DNA of 64,000 nt, from NCBI GenBank assembly GCA_040755995.1, contig JBFMAF010000028.1, positions 152,221 to 216,220 on the forward strand, given 5' to 3'. The notes under the pieces are model-generated. The model made no database searches. It was not told the origin of the DNA and saw nothing but the letters and a program-made list of their open reading frames with translations. The position numbers were made by a program, and so were the translations under genes. This DNA is from Acidobacteriota bacterium. Its GTDB lineage: Bacteria > Acidobacteriota > CAIWXX01. Positions 30,507 through 40,285 of this stretch are shown in pieces (the first letter of the stretch is position 1; each line of letters starts with the position of its first letter).

Positions 30507-30703
30507 GAGCGCCTCCTTTCAGGCTAGTACTTGGATTCTCTCGGTCTCCGTTCCGCAGAGGGGATCGGTCGGTTGCCGGTGCAGCGTGTGCAGCCGGTCG
30601 GAGGATGAATGCCGGTGCAGGTGGGCAACATGGTTCAGTCTCCGAGCCGGGATCAGCAGGGCCTCCGCCGGCCGGTGGGTGTTGACCATACGCGCGTCGC
30701 CCA

Positions 30704-31837
30704 TCACTTCTTCTGCGGTTGCTCTCTCGGTGGGGCTGGCCGGTAGCCGGCTTGTTGGAGTACGGAACCTGCCCCACGGTTGATCATCTCCTGCAGTTCC
30801 TCGGGGAGGGAGGAGATGTTGATCGCCGTGTCCAGCGTGATCAGCTTGCGGAAGTAGAGTGTCGCCAGACTCTGGTTGAAGGTCTGCATCCCGTACTTCT
30901 CCTGGCCCACCTGCATGGACGAGTAGATCTGGTGAATCTTGTCTTCGCGGACAAGGTTGCGGATAGCGGGGTTGGGGACCAGAATCTCGCAGGCCAGCAC
31001 GCGGCCTCGCCCGCCGGCTCGCGGCAGCAGCGACTGGCAGATGATGCCCTCGAGCACCAGTGAGAGCTGTGCCCGCACCTGAGACTGCTGGTGGGCCGGG
31101 AAGACGTCGATGATACGGTTGATGGTCTGGGCGGCTGAGTTGGTGTGGAGTGTGGCGAAGGTCAAGTGCCCGGTCTCAGCGATCCGCAACGCGCATTCGA
31201 TCGTCTCGAGGTCGCGCATCTCTCCGATCAGCACTATGTCGGGGTCCTCGCGGAGCACCGACCGCAGCGCGTTCGGGAACGAGAGGGTATCCGCGTGCAG
31301 CTCCCGCTGGTTTACAAGGCACTTCTTGTGCGAGTGCAGATACTCGATCGGGTCCTCCACCGTCACCATGTGCTCGTAACGGTCGGCGTTGATCTTGTCC
31401 AGCATGGCCGCCAAAGTGGTGGACTTCCCGCTGCCGGTGGGTCCCGTCACCAGGACAAGACCTCGCGGCCTGTCGCACATCCTGCCGACGACCGGCGGGA
31501 TTCCGAGGGTCTCCATGGTCGGGATCTCGTATGGGATCCGGCGGAAGGCCGCGGCCACCGCACCGCGCTGGCTGAACACATTCGCGCGGAAGCGCGCCAG
31601 CCCCTTGATGCCGAAGGAGAAATCGAGCTCCAGACTCTCCTCAAACCTATGCTTCTGAGCGTCGGTCAGCACCGAGTAGGCAAGCTGCTTGGTTTCGGTG
31701 GCGTTGAGAGGGGGGTGGTTCAACGCCCGCAGCACACCGTCGACCCGGATGTTCGGAGGAGCGTTGGTTGTGATGTGAAGGTCGGTCCCGTTCTGCTCGA
31801 CCATCGTCTTCAGCAGCTGGTGAAGTGATGCAGCCAT
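30704..31837 (-). CDS. pilT: Type IV pilus retraction ATPase PilT
   Basis: GPTGSGKSTT, EDPIEY, LREDPD, AETGH, AIRNLVRE, GMQTF. Confidence 0.95.
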   Translation of the reverse strand: MAASLHQLLKTMVEQNGTDLHITTNAPPNIRVDGVLRALNHPPLNATETKQLAYSVLTDAQKHRFEESLELDFSFGIKGLARFRANVFSQRGAVAAAFRRIPYEIPTMETLGIPPVVGRMCDRPRGLVLVTGPTGSGKSTTLAAMLDKINADRYEHMVTVEDPIEYLHSHKKCLVNQRELHADTLSFPNALRSVLREDPDIVLIGEMRDLETIECALRIAETGHLTFATLHTNSAAQTINRIIDVFPAHQQSQVRAQLSLVLEGIICQSLLPRAGGRGRVLACEILVPNPAIRNLVREDKIHQIYSSMQVGQEKYGMQTFNQSLATLYFRKLITLDTAINISSLPEELQEMINRGAGSVLQQAGYRPAPPREQPQKK

Positions 31838-31977
31838 TCTACTGTTCTCCTTGCCGTTCGCGCTGCGGCTTAGGTGCGTGACGTTTTTCGGCACTCGGCC
31901 CATAGGTTGCAGCAAGGATCGCGTCCGCGAAAGCTCGTGTCAGCCCGGGGGAAGAGGTGCTCACAGCCCTCATCGGA

Positions 31978-33696
31978 CTACCTCACTGTTTCTCGCAGCA
32001 CCTCTTCGATGCTGGTGATACCGTCCCGTATCTTTTGCAGGCCGCTCTGCCGCAGCGTGAGCATGCCCTCTTCGATCGCCTTCTTGCGGATCTCCATGGC
32101 CGAGGCTCCCACGAGAATCAGCTCGCGCACGTCGTCGCTGATCTCGAGAACCTCGTAGCAGGCGACGCGGCCCTTGTACCCGGTGTTGTTGCACTCGGGG
32201 CATCCCTTCGGGCGATACGTATGAATGCTTCGCGCCTCTTCCGGCGTGAAGCCGATGTCGATCAAAGCCTGGGGCGGCGTGTAGACCTCTTCCTTGCATC
32301 GCGTGCACAGCCGCCGGATCAACCGCTGCGCGGCGATCAGAAGCACCGATGTGGCCACAAGGAACGGCTCGATGCCCATGTTCATCAGACGGCTGATGGT
32401 GGAAGGAGCGTCATTCGTGTGGAGAGTCGAGAGGACCAGGTGTCCCGTCAGTGCCGCCTTGACCGCGATCTCCGCCGTCTCGAAGTCCCGGATCTCGCCG
32501 ACCAGGATGACATTCGGGTCCTGGCGGAGGAAGCTTCTCAGCGCGGCGGCGAAGTTCAACCCGATCTGATCCTTCATCTGGACCTGGTTGATCCCCATGA
32601 TATTGTACTCGACCGGGTCCTCGGCCGTCATGACATTCGTCTCAGGCTGGTTCACCTTGCCCATGGCCGAGTACAGTGTGTTGGTCTTGCCGCTGCCCGT
32701 CGGCCCGGTCACGAGAACCATGCCGTACGGCTTCGTGACCGCCTTCTCGAATCGGCGCAGCGACTCTGGCTCGAACCCCAGCCTCGTCATGTCGAGCCGG
32801 AGGTTCTCCTTGTCGAGGAGCCGCAGCACGATCTTCTCGCCGAAGAGCGTGGGAAGGCAGCTCACGCGCATGTCGATCTCCTTCTGCACGCCCTCCTTCT
32901 TCGCCTTCATCTTGATGCGCCCGTCCTGAGGCAGCCGCTTTTCTGCGATGTCCATCTTGGCAAGGATCTTGACGCGGTTCGTGATGGAATCCCTCATCCG
33001 CATCGGCGGATTCATGACGATGTAGAGTATCCCGTCAATGCGGTAGCGGACGCGGAACTCCTTCTCATAGGGCTCGATGTGGATGTCCGAAGCGCCCCGC
33101 TTCAGCGCGTCGGTCATGATCAGGTTCACCAGCTGGATCACCGGAGCGTCCTCGGACGCCTTGGTGAGGCTCTCGAGATCGATCTCCTCCTCGGAGGCGT
33201 CCATCACCTCCACGTTGGCATCCTCGGCCAACGCCACCTTGTCCGTGATCTTCTTGACCTCGAGGTCAGTGCTCGTGCCGTAGTACTTCTCGAGGGCCGC
33301 CTTGATGGCAGACTCCGACGCGACCACCGGCTCGACGTTGTAGTTGAGCATGAACTTGATGTCTTCGATCGCGAACAGATTGGTCGGGTCGGCCATCGCG
33401 ATGGTCAGGGTGCCGCCGGTCTTGTTGATCGGCACCACCTGGTACTTCATGGCCGTCTCGGCCGGCAGTACCTTGATCACCGTCGGATCGATCTCGAACA
33501 GCGACAGGTTGATCGACGGATACCCGTACTGGCGGCTCAGCAGACTCGTGATGTCCTCCTCGGAGACGAACCCGAGGCGCACGAGGGTGGAGCCGAGCTT
33601 GCCGCCGAGCTGCTTTTGCATGTCGAGCGCTTTGTCAAGCTGCTCTTTGTTGATGAGGTTCTCCCTCAGCAGAAGTTCGCCAAGTTTCACAGCCAT
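31978..33696 (-). CDS. pilB: Type IV-A pilus assembly ATPase PilB
   Basis: MshEN-like N-terminus KLGELL, ASDIHIEP, GPTGSGKT, LRQDP, tetracysteine motif. Confidence 0.95.
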   Translation of the reverse strand: MAVKLGELLLRENLINKEQLDKALDMQKQLGGKLGSTLVRLGFVSEEDITSLLSRQYGYPSINLSLFEIDPTVIKVLPAETAMKYQVVPINKTGGTLTIAMADPTNLFAIEDIKFMLNYNVEPVVASESAIKAALEKYYGTSTDLEVKKITDKVALAEDANVEVMDASEEEIDLESLTKASEDAPVIQLVNLIMTDALKRGASDIHIEPYEKEFRVRYRIDGILYIVMNPPMRMRDSITNRVKILAKMDIAEKRLPQDGRIKMKAKKEGVQKEIDMRVSCLPTLFGEKIVLRLLDKENLRLDMTRLGFEPESLRRFEKAVTKPYGMVLVTGPTGSGKTNTLYSAMGKVNQPETNVMTAEDPVEYNIMGINQVQMKDQIGLNFAAALRSFLRQDPNVILVGEIRDFETAEIAVKAALTGHLVLSTLHTNDAPSTISRLMNMGIEPFLVATSVLLIAAQRLIRRLCTRCKEEVYTPPQALIDIGFTPEEARSIHTYRPKGCPECNNTGYKGRVACYEVLEISDDVRELILVGASAMEIRKKAIEEGMLTLRQSGLQKIRDGITSIEEVLRETVR

Positions 33697-33729
33697 GAAT
33701 CTATCCGGTCATCCCCTTTTTGTTTCAAT

Positions 33730-33758
33730 ATATTAGGTAGCGACGGAGAGCCTGTCAA
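33730..33758 (-). promoter_or_regulatory. Putative sigma70 promoter of the pil operon
   Basis: TTGACA-N17-TAATAT on the minus strand upstream of pilB. Confidence 0.55.
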
Positions 33759-33993
33759 GTGGCCTTCTCGCGACCCTACAAGCATACCACATGATCGCGT
33801 TCCCGTACGTTCACCGATGTGCGGGCAATGGCGCCGGAACACGCGACCGGATCTTGCCTTTTCACGTCCAGATGGTATCATATTCTTGCGTCGGAAGGGC
33901 CCCATCCTCGAAGAGGGGCACCTCCGGGACACGCACTAGATCGTTGGGTGATTTCGCTCCACCCGGCCGGGCCGGGGGGGCAGAAAGGAATCC

Positions 33994-34875
33994 ATGTCAC
34001 ACGCTGTCGTTAATTCCAAGATCACCATCAACACCATCCTCCAGAAGAAACGCCGTGGCGAGAAGATCGTCATGGTCACGGCCTACGACTACCCGACCAG
34101 CCGGGCGCTGGACGAAGGCGGTGTCGACATTCTGCTCGTCGGCGACTCGATGGGAATGGTCGTGGGAGGCCTCGACTCGACGCTACCGGTGACCATGGAC
34201 GCCATGGTCTACCACACGGCGATGGTTTCGCGCGGACGCAAGAACGCCCTCGTAGTGGGAGACATGCCGTACATGAGCTACCACGTCAGTCGCGCCCGGA
34301 CGATCGAGAACGCGTCGCGGTTCATCAGGGAGGGTGGAGCCGAGGCGGTCAAGATCGAGGGCGGCCGGAAGCGCGCCAACACGATCCGCGACATCCTCCG
34401 CGCCGAGATCCCCGTGATCGGCCACGTCGGGCTGACACCGCAGTCGCTGCACCTCATGGGCGGGTACCGAGTCCAGGGGCGAACCGCCGAGGTGGCGCAG
34501 GGTATCATCGACGACGCCCAGTTCCTGCAGGACGCCGGTATCTTCTCGATTGTCCTCGAGGGCGTACCCACTGAGGTCGCAGCCAGGATCACGGAAAAAC
34601 TCGAAATCCCGACGATCGGGATCGGCGCCGGTCGCGGCTGCGACGGGCAGGTGCTCGTCATCCACGACATGCTGGGATTCACCGACAAGACCACCGCCAA
34701 GTTCGTCCGAAGATACCGCGACTACTTCGCCGACGTCCAGGCGGTGGCGCGCGAGTTCCGACGAGACATAGAGACCGGCGCGTTCCCGGCCGACAGCGAG
34801 AGCTATCACATGGCGCCCGGGGAATCACTCGGCGCCGAACAGGCGCCTCCCGGCGTTCGCGCGGCCCGCCCGTAG
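33994..34875 (+). CDS. panB: 3-methyl-2-oxobutanoate hydroxymethyltransferase
   Basis: TAYD, LVGDS, VKIEGG, HVGLTPQ, IGIGAG..DGQVLV. Confidence 0.96.
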   Translation: MSHAVVNSKITINTILQKKRRGEKIVMVTAYDYPTSRALDEGGVDILLVGDSMGMVVGGLDSTLPVTMDAMVYHTAMVSRGRKNALVVGDMPYMSYHVSRARTIENASRFIREGGAEAVKIEGGRKRANTIRDILRAEIPVIGHVGLTPQSLHLMGGYRVQGRTAEVAQGIIDDAQFLQDAGIFSIVLEGVPTEVAARITEKLEIPTIGIGAGRGCDGQVLVIHDMLGFTDKTTAKFVRRYRDYFADVQAVAREFRRDIETGAFPADSESYHMAPGESLGAEQAPPGVRAARP

Positions 34876-34931
34876 CTCTGGACGCGGTGGCGCGGGGAAA
34901 GAAGCCGCGCGCCTTTGGCGAGGGATCGAGG

Positions 34932-35789
34932 ATGGAAGTAGTCAAGACGAGCAAAGAGATGACCGAGTGGTCGGAGAGCGTCCGGGCCGACGGCCTGAGG
35001 ATCGGGTTCGCGCCTACGATGGGATGCCTGCACGACGGACACCTTTCACTCGTGCGGGCCAGCCGAAGCACCACGGACAGAACCGTGGCGAGCATCTTCG
35101 TGAATCCTACGCAGTTCGGACCCGCGGAGGATTTCGAAAAATACCCGCGGGTCCTCGACCGCGACCTGGATCTGCTGCGGCATGAGGGCTGTGACGCGGT
35201 ATTCGCCCCCGGTGTGAGCGATATCTACCCGGACGGGTTCAGGACCTGCGTCGAGGTGACGGACTTGCAGGATCAACTCTGCGGGCGCTCACGCCCGGGA
35301 CACTTCCGAGGTGTGGCCACGATAGTGGCGAAGCTGTTCAACATCGTCCGCCCGCATCGGGCGTTCTTCGGGCAGAAGGATGCGCAACAGGTCATCATCC
35401 TTGAAAGGATGACGCGCGATCTCGGCTTCCCCGTCGAGATCGTGGTCTGCCCGATCATCAGGGAACCGGACGGGCTCGCCATGAGCTCGCGCAACACGTA
35501 CCTGTCACCTGCCGAGCGAAAGGAGGCGACGGTGCTCTACAGGAGCCTCACGGATGCCGTGAGACTCGTCCGGGGCGGCGAACGCAGCGCGGCGGCCATC
35601 GTGAAAAGCGTCCGCAGGACCATCGAGAGCACCGCGGGCACGCGGATCGATTACGTGGAACTGGTCGACCCGCAGACTCTGCGGCCGGTCGCGGAGATCG
35701 GGCCGGCCTCGCTTCTGGCAGTCGCCGTATTCGTGGGAACTACGCGCTTGATCGACAATATCGTGCTTGGAGAAGGAGCCGCACTGTGA
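34932..35789 (+). CDS. panC: Pantoate-beta-alanine ligase
   Basis: PTMG.LHDGH, SIFVNPTQF, RPGHF.GV, GQKDAQQ, AMSSRN, RLIDN. Confidence 0.96.
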   Translation: MEVVKTSKEMTEWSESVRADGLRIGFAPTMGCLHDGHLSLVRASRSTTDRTVASIFVNPTQFGPAEDFEKYPRVLDRDLDLLRHEGCDAVFAPGVSDIYPDGFRTCVEVTDLQDQLCGRSRPGHFRGVATIVAKLFNIVRPHRAFFGQKDAQQVIILERMTRDLGFPVEIVVCPIIREPDGLAMSSRNTYLSPAERKEATVLYRSLTDAVRLVRGGERSAAAIVKSVRRTIESTAGTRIDYVELVDPQTLRPVAEIGPASLLAVAVFVGTTRLIDNIVLGEGAAL

Positions 35790-36193
35790 GCTATTCGACC
35801 TACTTGAAGGCCAAGATCCACCGGGCTACCGTGACGTATACCAACCGCGACTACGAAGGAAGCCTGACGCTCGACGCCAGACTGATGGAAGAAGCGGGCC
35901 TCCTGCCGTTCGAGCGTATCGAGGTCTACAACTGCTCCAACGGTGAACGCTATTCCACCTATCTCATGCCCGGCGAATCGGGCAGCGGTGTGGTGGGGGT
36001 CAACGGAGCCGCAGCCTGGAAGGCAAGAGTGAACGACATCGTCATCATCGCCGCGTACAAGATCCTGGAAGACGCCGAGCTCTCGGACCACGAGGTGCGG
36101 CTCCTCCATGTTGATGCGAAGAACGCGCTGGTCGAACGCAAAGTTGAGAGGCTCACGAGAACAACTGCGACTGCAGGCGAGACGGGCGGGTAG
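35786..36193 (+). CDS. panD: Aspartate 1-decarboxylase
   Basis: KIHRATVT..YEGS self-cleavage site, NGER.STY, NGAAA. Confidence 0.94.
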   Translation: MSYSTYLKAKIHRATVTYTNRDYEGSLTLDARLMEEAGLLPFERIEVYNCSNGERYSTYLMPGESGSGVVGVNGAAAWKARVNDIVIIAAYKILEDAELSDHEVRLLHVDAKNALVERKVERLTRTTATAGETGG

Positions 36194-36300
36194 CCGGACA
36201 GGTGTCGCGCGGCTGTACGGCGCGTCACATGCTGCGTCGGCTCGTTGAGTCTATTGTATTGTAGACTTGTGACGCGCTGAATAGGCTCGGGCCGCCGGCG

Positions 36301-36711
36301 TCAACGCGCCAGCATCCACGGGCCGGCGACGGCGAGGAATATCGAGAGCGCCCCAGCGAAGAGCGCGAAAAGGCCGTAGCCTACGGCCTGGCGCCGGTGA
36401 AGCGCACCCGCCGTGCTCAGGAACAGCGCTCCTGAGAAGAGCCAGAGCGGGGTCCAAACCCAACGGCCGGAGAAGTGGCACGACCATCCGGTCCCCGCCA
36501 TGACCCCGAGGCCGATGGCGCTGGAGACCATGAACGTGGGATACTTCGAGTTCTGGGCGGCCAGCCATCCCCTTGATAGGATGCCCAGCGACATGAGGCA
36601 CAGGAGGCCCACCCAGACGTTGCCAGACCCGACTGACACCGCCACGGCCATAACCACGACCAGCAGCACGTAAACGAGTCCCAGTCCTACGGAGCTCCCC
36701 TCACCCACCAA
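36301..36711 (-). CDS. Hypothetical multi-pass membrane protein
   Basis: Four to five hydrophobic segments; GGAGAGG RBS before the start. Confidence 0.55.
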   Translation of the reverse strand: MVGEGSSVGLGLVYVLLVVVMAVAVSVGSGNVWVGLLCLMSLGILSRGWLAAQNSKYPTFMVSSAIGLGVMAGTGWSCHFSGRWVWTPLWLFSGALFLSTAGALHRRQAVGYGLFALFAGALSIFLAVAGPWMLAR

Positions 36712-36790
36712 TCCTCTCCCTCTTCCGCCCGTACTCGTTCCCGAGATCGACTCCTCCGCTCCTCCGTCGCCCGCCTCCGCAGCTCTCGAA

Positions 36791-37537
36791 TCAAAGGCGA
36801 TTGATCAAACTCGCGAGGAACCCCGCGCCGAAGCCGTTGTCGATGTTCACCACGGCGACACCGGAGGAGCAACTGTTCAGCATGCCGAGCAGAGCGGCGA
36901 TGCCATGGAAGCTGGCTCCGTAGCCCGTGCTCGTGGGCACGGCGACCACCGGCACCGACACCAGGCCGCTTACCACACTCGGCAGCGCTCCTTCCATCCC
37001 GGCCACCGCAACGATCGCGCGCGCGCGCTGCAGATGCGGCAGGTGGCTGATCAGCCGGTGGATTCCCGCCACGCCGACGTCATAAACTCTCTCGACCCGG
37101 TTTCCGAGCAGCTCGGCCGTGAGCGCGGCTTCCTCGGCGACCGGTATGTCGGACGTCCCGGCGGAGACCACGAGGATTGTCCCCTTGCCATGAATCGTCC
37201 GGTCGCGCCGGATGTAGATCATCGAGGCTTCTTTCGAAAACCGCGCCGAAGCATGTCGTTTCTGCACCAGTCGAAACGTACTGGGTCTCGATCGAGTGAC
37301 GATGACGTTCTGCCCGTGCGCGTACAAACGGTCGACGATCGCCGCGACCTGTTGATCCGTCTTTCCCTGGCCGTAGACCACCTCGGCATATCCCCGCCGC
37401 AGGTGCCGGTGACTGTCGACCTTGGCGAACTCGAGATCCTCGAACGGCAATGCCTTCAGCCGCTCGAGCGCCTCCTCCGGCGTCGTCCTCCCCTCCGCGA
37501 CCCGCTTCAACAGATGAGCGATCTCCGCCGATTTCAT
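36791..37537 (-). CDS. larB: Nickel-pincer cofactor biosynthesis protein LarB (AIR carboxylase family)
   Basis: AGTSDIPVAEEA, DVGVAGIHRL, AGMEGALPSV, PTSTGYGA, VVNIDNGFGA. Confidence 0.9.
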   Translation of the reverse strand: MKSAEIAHLLKRVAEGRTTPEEALERLKALPFEDLEFAKVDSHRHLRRGYAEVVYGQGKTDQQVAAIVDRLYAHGQNVIVTRSRPSTFRLVQKRHASARFSKEASMIYIRRDRTIHGKGTILVVSAGTSDIPVAEEAALTAELLGNRVERVYDVGVAGIHRLISHLPHLQRARAIVAVAGMEGALPSVVSGLVSVPVVAVPTSTGYGASFHGIAALLGMLNSCSSGVAVVNIDNGFGAGFLASLINRL

Positions 37538-38706
37538 GGCTTCACCTGAAGACTCGCCAGCAGGCTCTTGGCCTCCGCGTAGGTCGGATCGCGCTCCAAC
37601 GCCTTCATCACGGATTCAAGCGCCTCCTTTCGCTTCCCTTGCGCGATCCGGCTGCGCGCCAGCGCAGTGTAAAACGCCGGCCGCGGATCCAGTGCGACCG
37701 CGCGTTTGTAGCAATCCTCGGCCTCCTTGTAACGACGATACCCGTAGTAGAGATTCCCCAGGTCGTAGCGCAGATACGGATTCGTAGGGCTGAACTTCAA
37801 AGCCTTGTTGAGCTCGTCTATCGCCTGGGCCGCCTTCCCCTCCTGAAAGAAGATCGCCGCCCGATTGCTGTAGGCCTCCGCGAAGCGCGGATCGAGCTCC
37901 AGCGCCTTCGCGTAGTAGTCCAGCGCCTTCTTGAGCTCGCCGATCCGCTTGTACGTCGTACCCAGGTTGTTGTAGGCATAGGAGAAATCGGGGTCCACCA
38001 CTATCGCCGTCTCATAGAGGGCTATCTCGCGTTCCAGCCGCGCGGCCGGATCGGCGCCGGCCGACCTGTACCCCGCTTCGTAGCCCTTGTTGTTGTAGAA
38101 GTGGGCCAGCGCCTCCACGTCGTCTATGATCCGGTACGAATGGTACTGCCTGGTGCCTCTGGGCGAGAAATCGATCAGGCGCACACGCCCCGCCTCGCTG
38201 ATCACTCCGCAGATGTGGGAGCTGTGTACGATCACGCCTTCACCCGGGGAACCGCCGCTCGGAGCGTACCGTTCGATCTCCGTCACGTGGGCGTAGCGCA
38301 CGTTGATGGAGCTCACGCGGGCCATGCCGACGAACAGGTTCGTCAGAGAGAGGCAGTTGCCCGTTCTGATCCGGAAGACCTCCCGTGCCGTCTCCGTTAC
38401 CGCCGGATCGTACTTCAGATCGAGTTTCTTCTTGTCGGTCATCAGGTCGAGCAACGCCTGGATCCGGTCGGTCTGCTGGCCGGCACCCCGTGCCGCATCG
38501 TTCGCCGCAGCGACGATCTCATCATCGAGCTCGAACGGGATCTGGATTCCCGCCGCTCGATCTGCCCCAAGCGTCTTCTCCAGGCGGGCCCTCAGGGCCC
38601 CCAGCGACTCCTCGTAGTAGTTCTTCGACGACAGGGCGCCGGCGCACGCGAGGAGCGTCAACCAGCCCGACAGGAACGTTCGTGCTTGCATCTGCACAAA
38701 TCTCAT
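37534..38706 (-). CDS. Exported transglutaminase-like + TPR protein
   Basis: Signal peptide; GNCLS..HIC..LIDF triad-like motifs; several C-terminal TPRs. Confidence 0.75.
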   Translation of the reverse strand: MRFVQMQARTFLSGWLTLLACAGALSSKNYYEESLGALRARLEKTLGADRAAGIQIPFELDDEIVAAANDAARGAGQQTDRIQALLDLMTDKKKLDLKYDPAVTETAREVFRIRTGNCLSLTNLFVGMARVSSINVRYAHVTEIERYAPSGGSPGEGVIVHSSHICGVISEAGRVRLIDFSPRGTRQYHSYRIIDDVEALAHFYNNKGYEAGYRSAGADPAARLEREIALYETAIVVDPDFSYAYNNLGTTYKRIGELKKALDYYAKALELDPRFAEAYSNRAAIFFQEGKAAQAIDELNKALKFSPTNPYLRYDLGNLYYGYRRYKEAEDCYKRAVALDPRPAFYTALARSRIAQGKRKEALESVMKALERDPTYAEAKSLLASLQVKP

Positions 38707-38743
38707 ATCATTCGGAGCTCATTCTTTCAACCCGTAATACGCA

Positions 38744-38850
38744 AGTGGGCAGTGGACAGTTCTCAGTCCTCAACCGGACTGTGCCGCGCCCATGGTGGTT
38801 CTCCATACCCGCGAGCCCTGCTGGCAACCGCCAACTGACAACTGTCAACT
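38744..38850. repeat. Inverted pair of degenerate 7-bp tandem repeats
   Basis: AGTGGGC AGTGGAC AGTTCTC AGTCCTC ... ACCGCCA ACTGACA ACTGTCA ACT. Confidence 0.55.
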
Positions 38851-38933
38851 TGTTCCAAGTGCTGGTATACTCGGCCGTGGAGGCAACGCGGGAAGGACCG
38901 CGTGAGTATGGAACCGCCGCCGTCCGGACGTCA

Positions 38934-39872
38934 ATGGAGAAGCTTGCCGCCGATCTGCTCGCAGGTAGCCAGCGCGCCGTTGCGCGCGCGCTGTCGCTCA
39001 TCGAGAATGACGACTCGGCGGCGCCGGACCTGCTAGCAGCCCTCTATCCGCATACGGGCCGCGCCGAGACGATCGGCATCACAGGGCCGCCCGGTGCCGG
39101 CAAGTCCACGCTCGTCGACAAGCTGATCACGCTGTACCGCGGAGCCGGCAGGCGGGTCGGCGTTCTCGCCGTCGACCCCACCAGCCCGTTCACCGGCGGC
39201 GCGCTGCTGGGAGATCGAGTCCGCATGGGGTCCCACGGGCATGATGCAGGCGTGTTCATACGGAGCATGGCGAGCCGCGGGCATCTCGGGGGGCTCAGCC
39301 GGAGCTGCGGCGAGGCGATCCAGGTGCTCGACGCCGCCGGCCTCGAGGTGGTGCTGGTGGAGACGGTCGGGATCGGCCAGGATGAGGTCGAGATAGCGCG
39401 GTTCGCCGATACTACAGTCGTAGTAATCGTGCCGGGGCTGGGCGACGAAGTTCAGGGGCTCAAGGCCGGAGTGATGGAGATCGCCGACGTGTTCGTCCTG
39501 AACAAGGCGGACAAGCCGGAGGCCGCGAAGGCGGAGCGGGATTTCCTGTCGATACTGGAGCTCCTCGGGGACCGCGACGGCTGGACGCCGCCGCTGGTCA
39601 AGACCGTTGCGCCGAAGCTCGAGACGGTGCGTGGTCTCGTCGAGGCGATCGAAGCGTACCGGAGCCACGCCACGAGCCAGGGGCTGATCGCGAGGAAGCG
39701 GCGGGAGCTGGCTCTGCAGAGCCTGCAGCAGATGCTTGGCGAGGAGATCCAGGAGCGCCTGATGGCGCGCCTCGGCAAGGAGCATCTCGCGGAGATGACC
39801 GCGGAGATCATGCGCAGGGAGGCGCACCCCCGCGCCGTGGCTTCGCGGCTGGCTAAGGAGTTGCTGGGATGA
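38934..39872 (+). CDS. meaB: Acyl-CoA mutase-associated GTPase MeaB/ArgK
   Basis: GITGPPGAGKST, VDPTSPFTGGALLGDRVRM, RSMASRG, ETVG.GQ, NKAD. Confidence 0.92.
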   Translation: MEKLAADLLAGSQRAVARALSLIENDDSAAPDLLAALYPHTGRAETIGITGPPGAGKSTLVDKLITLYRGAGRRVGVLAVDPTSPFTGGALLGDRVRMGSHGHDAGVFIRSMASRGHLGGLSRSCGEAIQVLDAAGLEVVLVETVGIGQDEVEIARFADTTVVVIVPGLGDEVQGLKAGVMEIADVFVLNKADKPEAAKAERDFLSILELLGDRDGWTPPLVKTVAPKLETVRGLVEAIEAYRSHATSQGLIARKRRELALQSLQQMLGEEIQERLMARLGKEHLAEMTAEIMRREAHPRAVASRLAKELLG

Positions 39873-40276
39873 AGATCGATCGCGTGGACCACCTGGCTAT
39901 TGCGGTGAAGTCGATCGAGGAAGGACTAGCCTTCTATCGCGACGTGCTCGGGATTGCCTGCACCGGAGGGGAGACGGTGGAGGCCGAGGGAGTCCGGGTG
40001 GCGTTCTTGCCGGTGGGCGTGACGCGCCTCGAGCTGCTAGAACCGATCCGTCCGGATTCGGCCGTCGCGAAGTTCGTCGAGTCCCGGGGGCCGGGGCTGC
40101 ATCACGTGTGCTTCGTCGTTGCGGATCTCTCTGCGGCGCTCGATGAGCTCCGGGGGAGCGAGGTGAGGGTGCTGAGCGAGCGGATTGGAGCGGAAGGCTC
40201 ACGGGTCGCATTTCTGCATCCGAAATCGACCGGGGGCGTGCTGATCGAGCTTCGCGAGGCGCGCCCGAGAGAGTAG
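39869..40276 (+). CDS. mce: Methylmalonyl-CoA epimerase
   Basis: DHLAIAV, ELLEP, GLHHVCF, FLHPKSTGGVLIEL. Confidence 0.9.
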   Translation: MKIDRVDHLAIAVKSIEEGLAFYRDVLGIACTGGETVEAEGVRVAFLPVGVTRLELLEPIRPDSAVAKFVESRGPGLHHVCFVVADLSAALDELRGSEVRVLSERIGAEGSRVAFLHPKSTGGVLIELREARPRE

Positions 40277-40285
40277 AGCGAGGCC

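Noticed and set aside
31957..33939. 660-aa plus-strand ORF
   Set aside because: Antisense shadow of pilB.
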